In this document: piece after piece, positions 58,844 to 64,000 of the stretch
How the letters are laid out: the number at the start of each line of letters is the position of its first letter
Position numbering within the stretch: the stretch's first letter is position 1
Source of the DNA: Candidatus Poribacteria bacterium
GTDB taxonomy: Bacteria > Poribacteria > WGA-4E > GCA-2687025
Reading direction: 5' to 3'
DNA: 64,000 bases
Assembly (NCBI GenBank): GCA_963665845.2
Contig: OY762492.1
Location: 1,184,001-1,248,000 of the forward strand
Made by a program: the position numbers and the translations under genes
The notes under the pieces: model-generated
Told to the model about the DNA's origin: nothing
Seen by the model: the letters and a program-made list of their open reading frames with translations, nothing else
Database searches by the model: none

Positions 58844-59152
58844 ATGAACATCACAGCAGACATCTGCGTCGTCCCGATGGGCGTCGGCGCGTCCGTGTCG
58901 GAGCATGTCGCGCAGGCGTACCAGATTCTTGTTGAGGCGGGGCTGGACGCGCGGCTGCATGCGCATGGAACCAATGTTGAGGGAGAGTATGAGGTGGTCA
59001 TGTCGGCGGTGAAGCGGTGCCATGAGCGTATGCATGCGCTCGGCGTTCCGCGCGTCTTGACAACCTTGAAGATCGGATCGCGCATCGACAAACAGCAGAC
59101 GACCGACGACAAGATCGAGGCGGTTCAACGGCTGTCCCAGACAGACGCATGA
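58844..59152 (+). CDS. MTH1187/YkoF-like thiamine-binding family protein
   Basis: VVP.G...SVS..VA, H..GT.VEG, HE......PRV.T.LKI..R.DK. Confidence 0.88.
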   Translation: MNITADICVVPMGVGASVSEHVAQAYQILVEAGLDARLHAHGTNVEGEYEVVMSAVKRCHERMHALGVPRVLTTLKIGSRIDKQQTTDDKIEAVQRLSQTDA

Positions 59153-60033
59153 CGCTGCTGGGCATCGACGGAGGGGGCAGCAGGGTTCGCGCTCTCTTGA
59201 CAAGAAACGGCGCTGAAATCGGACGGGCGGAGAGCGGTCCCGGCAACCCGCTCTCTATCGGCTTTGAAACGGCGGAGGCGAACATAAAACAGGCGGCGGA
59301 GAAAGCCTGTCAAGACGCCGGCGGTCTGCGCGCGGTTGACGCCGCATGCGTCGGGCTGGCGGGAGTCGGGCGTCGGTCCGCCGCCGAGAAGATGCGGGAG
59401 GCTCTGCGCCGCATCGGTTTTCCGTCCAGAACGTTGTTGACGCATGACGCGCGCATTGCGCTCGCCGGCGCGGCGGGACGGGACAGCGGCGTTGTCCTCA
59501 TCGCAGGCTCCGGCTCCATCTGTTATGGACGCGCCGAGTCGGGCGTTGAGACCCGCTGCGGCGGATGGGGCGCGCTTTTAGACGACGCCGGCGGCGGTTA
59601 CGCCATCGGGCTGGCAGGGCTTCGAGCGGCGATGCGGGCGTATGACGGACGGCTCGATTCGCGCGTTCTGTTGGAGTCGGCGCTGGAGTATTGCGGCGTC
59701 GATTCGGCGGAGGAGATTATCATGTGGAAAGGGTTGGTTGAAAAAAGCGCTGTCGCCGAGTTCGCCCCCCGCGTCTTTTCAGCGGCGGAGACGGGATGCC
59801 CCGAAGCGGCGCGCATCGTTCAGGAAGGCGCGAAAGAGCTGGCGAAGATGGCGGCGGTCGCCGCGGACAGATTAGGTTTCGGCGCGTCGGCGCGCGTCTG
59901 GGCGGCGGGCGGACTGGCGACAGCGTACCCGTCCTATGTGGCGGCGGTGGCGGAAGCGTCCAGTTTAAGAGTTTCCCCCGCGCAGAACGACGGCGCTGTC
60001 GGAGCCGTCTTTTTGGCGGGGCGCTTGATTTGA
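59149..60033 (+). CDS. BadF/BadG family N-acetylglucosamine kinase-like ATPase
   Basis: GIDGGGS, GLAG, DA..AL.GA, IAGSGS, GGWG..L.D.GGG. Confidence 0.88.
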   Translation: MTLLGIDGGGSRVRALLTRNGAEIGRAESGPGNPLSIGFETAEANIKQAAEKACQDAGGLRAVDAACVGLAGVGRRSAAEKMREALRRIGFPSRTLLTHDARIALAGAAGRDSGVVLIAGSGSICYGRAESGVETRCGGWGALLDDAGGGYAIGLAGLRAAMRAYDGRLDSRVLLESALEYCGVDSAEEIIMWKGLVEKSAVAEFAPRVFSAAETGCPEAARIVQEGAKELAKMAAVAADRLGFGASARVWAAGGLATAYPSYVAAVAEASSLRVSPAQNDGAVGAVFLAGRLI

Positions 60034-60069
60034 CATCCAACTAAACCGTTATTCCCGCGTCCCCTCCTT

Positions 60070-60168
60070 GTCATTCCCGCGTAAGCGGGAATTTTAAGCT
60101 TCGCAGGCTCCGTCCGCGTCCTTTAAACCCCCCTAGCCCCCTTTTCAAGGGGGAATCGGACGCCACGC
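60070..60168. repeat. REP-like family B and family C copies between convergent genes
   Basis: gtcattcccgcgtaagcgggaat; taaacccccctagcccccttttcaagggggaatcggacgcc. Confidence 0.8.
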
Positions 60169-60203
60169 TCCTTCTAGTTATTCCGTCTTCAGGCGCCGCA
60201 GGG

Positions 60204-61265
60204 TTATCCCGCTCTGCCGCCGAGCATTTCGGCGATCTCCGCCGGCAGCGTCACGCCCGTTTCTTTTTCAAACGCCTCCACGTTTTCGTAATGATTCTTG
60301 AAGAACGCGGCGACTATAAGCCGTCTGTTTTCGTCCTCCGCCAGCTCCGATTTCACCTCATCCCATTTCTGAAGCTCCAGCCGCAGTAAAATGCGCCCGC
60401 AGTATATCGGCATCGGCGCTTCGTTGGGCTTCATCTCGATCAACGCCGTCATGTCCGCCTCCGCCTTTTCAGGCATGCCCTTCTCAACGTATGCGACGGC
60501 GCGGGCGATATATGCCTTGGAAAAGCCAGGGTCGATTTCAATCGCTTTGCCGCACTCCTCAATCGTCTTTTCAAACTCGCCCATTCTGAAGTAAGCGTTA
60601 GCGCGGTTCTGATAAGCCATGACAAGGGTCGGGTCGATTTCAATCGCCTTGCCGCACTGCTCAATTGCCTTTTCAAATGCGCCCATTTTGTAATAAGCGA
60701 CAGCGCGGTTTTGATAGGCGAGGGCAAGGGTCGGGTCGATTTCAATCGCCTTGCCGCACTGCTCAACCGCCCTTTCAGGCGCGCCCATTTCGATGTAAAC
60801 GGCGGCGAGGTTTTGATAGGGGAGGGCAAGGGTCGGGTCGATTTCGATCGCCTTGGCGCAGTCTTGCGCCGCCTTTTCAAACTCGCCCATCTTGCGGTAG
60901 ACGACAGCGCGGTTGACATAGGCGTGGGAAAAGTCGGGGTCGATTTCAATCGCTTTGCCGCACTGCTCAACGGCCTTTTCAAACGCGCCCATGTCAACAT
61001 AAACGGCAGAGAGGTTTCGATACGCTTCTGGTAGGGTCGGGTCGATTTCGATCGCCTTGGCGCAGTCTTGCGCCGCCTTTTCAAACTCGCCCATCTTGCG
61101 GTAGACGACAGCGCGGTTGACATAGGCGTTGGCGCGTTTTGAATTGATCGCAATCGCCTTGTTGAAATCGGTGAGGGCGCGCTCCAGCTCCCCTTCACGC
61201 GCAAACTCGATGCCGCGGTTGATATAACCATCCGCTGACATGAACCATCCGCTTCTGCTTCTCAT
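60204..61265 (-). CDS. TPR protein with about 8 highly similar repeats
   Basis: 34-aa AY.NRA..Y..MG.FEKA...C.KAIEIDP repeats; SD gggagg; promoter TTGACA-16-TACACT. Confidence 0.92.
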   Translation of the reverse strand: MRSRSGWFMSADGYINRGIEFAREGELERALTDFNKAIAINSKRANAYVNRAVVYRKMGEFEKAAQDCAKAIEIDPTLPEAYRNLSAVYVDMGAFEKAVEQCGKAIEIDPDFSHAYVNRAVVYRKMGEFEKAAQDCAKAIEIDPTLALPYQNLAAVYIEMGAPERAVEQCGKAIEIDPTLALAYQNRAVAYYKMGAFEKAIEQCGKAIEIDPTLVMAYQNRANAYFRMGEFEKTIEECGKAIEIDPGFSKAYIARAVAYVEKGMPEKAEADMTALIEMKPNEAPMPIYCGRILLRLELQKWDEVKSELAEDENRRLIVAAFFKNHYENVEAFEKETGVTLPAEIAEMLGGRAG

Positions 61266-61362
61266 GATCGCCTCCCTTTCTATATGCGAGTGTATCGTAC
61301 GCCATTTTGATGTCAAGCGCGCAGGTTCCCTAGACTCCCTTGAAAAAGGGACCGGGGGTTTA

Positions 61363-61431
61363 TTGGCGGCGCTTTTCCCATGAATAAAGCGGTCATTCGT
61401 TCAAATGTCCCAACTTTCGGCGTGAGGTCAG
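61363..61431. mobile_element. Right half of MITE family A
   Basis: ttggcggcgcttttcccatgaataaagc...ttcaaatgtcccaactttcggcgtgaggtcag. Confidence 0.7.
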
Positions 61432-61455
61432 GGAATCTTGACCACATGTCTTTAA

Positions 61456-62799
61456 TTAGGACGCGTCAACGGACAGATGCTGATGGCGCGGCTCCGAGAT
61501 TCTCCATGAAAAGTAGACGCTCAAGAAAAACAGCGCGCCGCATGCGGCAAATACGATCTCATACGCCGACTTTTCATCGGTCAGCGTCTGCAAACCCATT
61601 GCCGCCGCCCCGACGATGACCGGAAAGAGAAGCGTCGCCGCCGGCGCCAAACCGAACAAGCCTACGTATAAGGTCTGCCGTTCGGGCGGGGCGATCTCCA
61701 GGATATAATTCGCCATCACCCGCGCCATGACCGGCAAGCATCCGATCATCCCGTAGAGCGCCGGCAGGAGAAGCAGGCGCGTGCCGTTCGACGGAAACGC
61801 GCCGCCAATCAGAACCGCCGCGATCGGTATGCTGGTCATGGCGGCGCATAATCCGCGCAGAACGACGCGGTTGCCTTTCCAGTCGACAAGCCAGCCGAGA
61901 AGGAGCGACAGCAAGCCGACGACCAGATGCTGCGCCGCCAGCGAATGTCCGAGCGTCCGTCCAAGCGCGGCTTGAAAGGCGGGGTCGGGCGACCACGTTT
62001 TTGCATACGCCGTATAAAACATAAAAAGGTGTATCGACATCGCATGGATCACCGCCGCGCCGAAGAGGCGTCTGAAATCGGCGTCCTCCTTTAAGATGCG
62101 CGCTCCGCTTTTGACAATCTGTTGAAGGGTCAGCCGTTCCAGCGGCTGCGCGCCGGGCGGCTCTTTAAAAAAGGTTTGACCCGTCAACGAGAGCAGAAAG
62201 AACAGAAACGCGCAGCCGAACAGCAGGCTAAAATCGGCGCGGAAGCTGCCGGCGCGGCTCATCAACGCGGCAATCAGCCCCGCGCTGGCGAGAGAGGAGA
62301 ACCGACCGACCGAGTTGCCGATGGCGAAGACGCGCCCCCTGCGTTGAACCGGTATCAGCTTTGCCATCATGACGCGGTTGACGACCCGCTCCACGCCGAA
62401 GCCTGTCCAGCTGACCGCGTAAAGAAGAAAAAAGAGCGCGAGAAGAGCGCCGTCGGAAAGATTATTGCCAAACAGCAGCGCCGCCGCGATGAGTCCCCAT
62501 GCGGCGGTGAAAACAGCGGTGGCGGCAATGAGAAGCGGCGTTTTGCGCGGCGCCCGGTCGACAGCGTCTAGGAACCAGAACTGCGCGAGCGACTGCGGCA
62601 GGCGGGAGAGAATCGGCAGGGCGCTGATGAGCAGCGGGTGGGAGGCGAGGCTTGTAACGAAGCGGGAAACGACAACGCTTTCGGTTTTGAAGACCCAGCC
62701 GATCTGCATGAGCGACTGGTAAAGCGTCATCGCTGCGAAGTTGCGGGGGTAATGCTTCTCCGCTTCTGGAAGCATTCCTTTGTGGAGGTCTTTTTTCAA
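61456..62799 (-). CDS. MFS transporter
   Basis: About 12 hydrophobic segments; IP..RRGR, G.L.D..G.R, E.APP..R..Y.G motifs. Confidence 0.88.
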   Translation of the reverse strand: MKKDLHKGMLPEAEKHYPRNFAAMTLYQSLMQIGWVFKTESVVVSRFVTSLASHPLLISALPILSRLPQSLAQFWFLDAVDRAPRKTPLLIAATAVFTAAWGLIAAALLFGNNLSDGALLALFFLLYAVSWTGFGVERVVNRVMMAKLIPVQRRGRVFAIGNSVGRFSSLASAGLIAALMSRAGSFRADFSLLFGCAFLFFLLSLTGQTFFKEPPGAQPLERLTLQQIVKSGARILKEDADFRRLFGAAVIHAMSIHLFMFYTAYAKTWSPDPAFQAALGRTLGHSLAAQHLVVGLLSLLLGWLVDWKGNRVVLRGLCAAMTSIPIAAVLIGGAFPSNGTRLLLLPALYGMIGCLPVMARVMANYILEIAPPERQTLYVGLFGLAPAATLLFPVIVGAAAMGLQTLTDEKSAYEIVFAACGALFFLSVYFSWRISEPRHQHLSVDAS

Positions 62800-62934
62800 G
62801 CGGCGCGTTTCATGTAGCGGCTGTGTTGCTTGGGCTGCGCGCTCATCATATGCGGTCTAGGCGGGGGGCGCAACTCTTGAAGGCGTTTTAGCGCTGAAGA
62901 CCGTCCTTGCGAAGAACGCCCGAATCAACAAATC

Positions 62935-62963
62935 TAGACAAATTCGAACGCAGGGGGTATGAT
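62935..62963 (+). promoter_or_regulatory. sigma70-like promoter
   Basis: TAGACA-17 nt-TATGAT. Confidence 0.5.
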
Positions 62964-62998
62964 CATACCAGTGAACGCATTATGTGGAATGGAGCTTT

Positions 62999-64000
62999 GT
63001 GAATCAAAGACGTTCGATACTAGGGCCGGAAGCGCCTGAACCGGATCGGTTTCTTGAGATCATCGATACGGCGGGCGAGTTTATTCGTGAGCGCGCCGTT
63101 CCGATCATCTTCGGCGTCGTTGCGCTGATTTTAGCGGTGATTTTAGGCGTTTGGTGGTCGAATCAGCGTCAAAATGCGCGCGTGGATCAGTACGCCGCGC
63201 TGTCTTCGGCGGCAAACGCGATTCAAAATGCGACAGGCTCCGACGATGAGAAGTTGGCGGAGGCGGTCGCGGCTCTGGAAGAGGCGGAGGACGCGCCCGA
63301 AACCGCGTTTCTCAAAGCGAAGGCGAGCATGCTTCAAGAGGATGGCGCGGCGAAAGCGGCGGAGCATTTTCGTCAAACGGCGCAAAAAGGCGCCGCCCCG
63401 CGCGGGCTGTTTGCGCAGGTGAACTACGGCATCGCCCTGGAAAAAGCGGAGCGTCTGGACGAGGCGCTGGCGGCTCTTGAGGATTCGCAGCTGGACAAGT
63501 TCAAAGGCGAGGCGGGTTATGAAAGCGCGTTGACCGAGGCGCAGAAGGCGCGCGCCCGCATTCATGAAACGAAAGGCGACTACGAAGCGGCTTTGACCGC
63601 GCATCAGCGGATCTCGGATCGGTACCTCGCCAACCGCGCCAAGGGGGTTGAGCGGGCGGCGTCTCGGCTGGTTCAGAAAACGCGCTTGCTGTTGAAGACG
63701 CGGGAGGCGGAGTCTTCAGCCGAGAGCGTTGAGGAGGCGTACCGCGATTTGGGCGCATGGGTTTCGCAGGAGGCGCAGAAGCCGGAGACGGATCGGCGGA
63801 GCATGCAGGAGTCGAGCCGCCTTTTGAAAGAGATTGAGGCGCATCGTTCCGCGCTTGCGTCGGCGAAGCGCGAGGAGGCGGAGGGGAAGCATTTGTCCGC
63901 GCTGTATCGGTTGGACTTTACGGCTCGTTCGGGGACGAGAGGATTTTCGCCGCATCTCGAAGATTATCAGCGCGCCTTACATTCCATAGCGGAGATTGAT
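62999..64000 (+). CDS. Membrane-anchored TPR-like protein (YfgM-like architecture), runs off the window end
   Basis: Not in the ORF track. GTG after SD ggag: MNQRRSILGPEAPEPDRFLEIIDTAGEFIRERAVPIIFGVVALILAVILGVWWSNQRQ..., then Ala/Glu-rich helical repeats. Confidence 0.75.
   Translation, partial: MNQRRSILGPEAPEPDRFLEIIDTAGEFIRERAVPIIFGVVALILAVILGVWWSNQRQNARVDQYAALSSAANAIQNATGSDDEKLAEAVAALEEAEDAPETAFLKAKASMLQEDGAAKAAEHFRQTAQKGAAPRGLFAQVNYGIALEKAERLDEALAALEDSQLDKFKGEAGYESALTEAQKARARIHETKGDYEAALTAHQRISDRYLANRAKGVERAASRLVQKTRLLLKTREAESSAESVEEAYRDLGAWVSQEAQKPETDRRSMQESSRLLKEIEAHRSALASAKREEAEGKHLSALYRLDFTARSGTRGFSPHLEDYQRALHSIAEID

Overview
GC-rich bacterial chromosomal window. It is most consistent with a sponge-symbiont Candidatus Poribacteria genome. 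That is an inference from a secreted WD40 protein with an '[17 protein letters not shown]' FlgD-Ig/T9SS-type tail, a PorV-like barrel, a PhyH dioxygenase and many WD40/ankyrin/TPR proteins. Housekeeping genes (argC, trpBA, tsaD/tsaC, rpmG, moaB, trmB, aroF-like, queG, map, mqnE, dgt, dppBC) are interspersed with accessory loci. Main observations: (1) a tandem array of four DNA methyltransferase-HNH nuclease fusion genes with near-identical, mosaic N- and C-terminal parts but four different central target-recognition segments; (2) a 2368-aa secreted protein of five [7-blade WD40 + Ig] modules whose 35 near-identical blades vary mainly at predicted top-face binding positions; (3) a ~165-190 bp MITE family with 27-bp TIRs and 6-bp target duplications, whose ends repeatedly sit 8-11 bp upstream of sigma70-like -35 boxes; (4) a 1.1-kb integrase-free insertion bounded by a 66-bp direct repeat, a 272-bp tandem duplication, a dGTPase lacking a canonical start codon and a DAHP synthase with altered substrate motifs. 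No rRNA, tRNA, CRISPR array, transposase, integrase or reverse transcriptase was seen. All calls come from reading the sequence by eye; no database searches were run.
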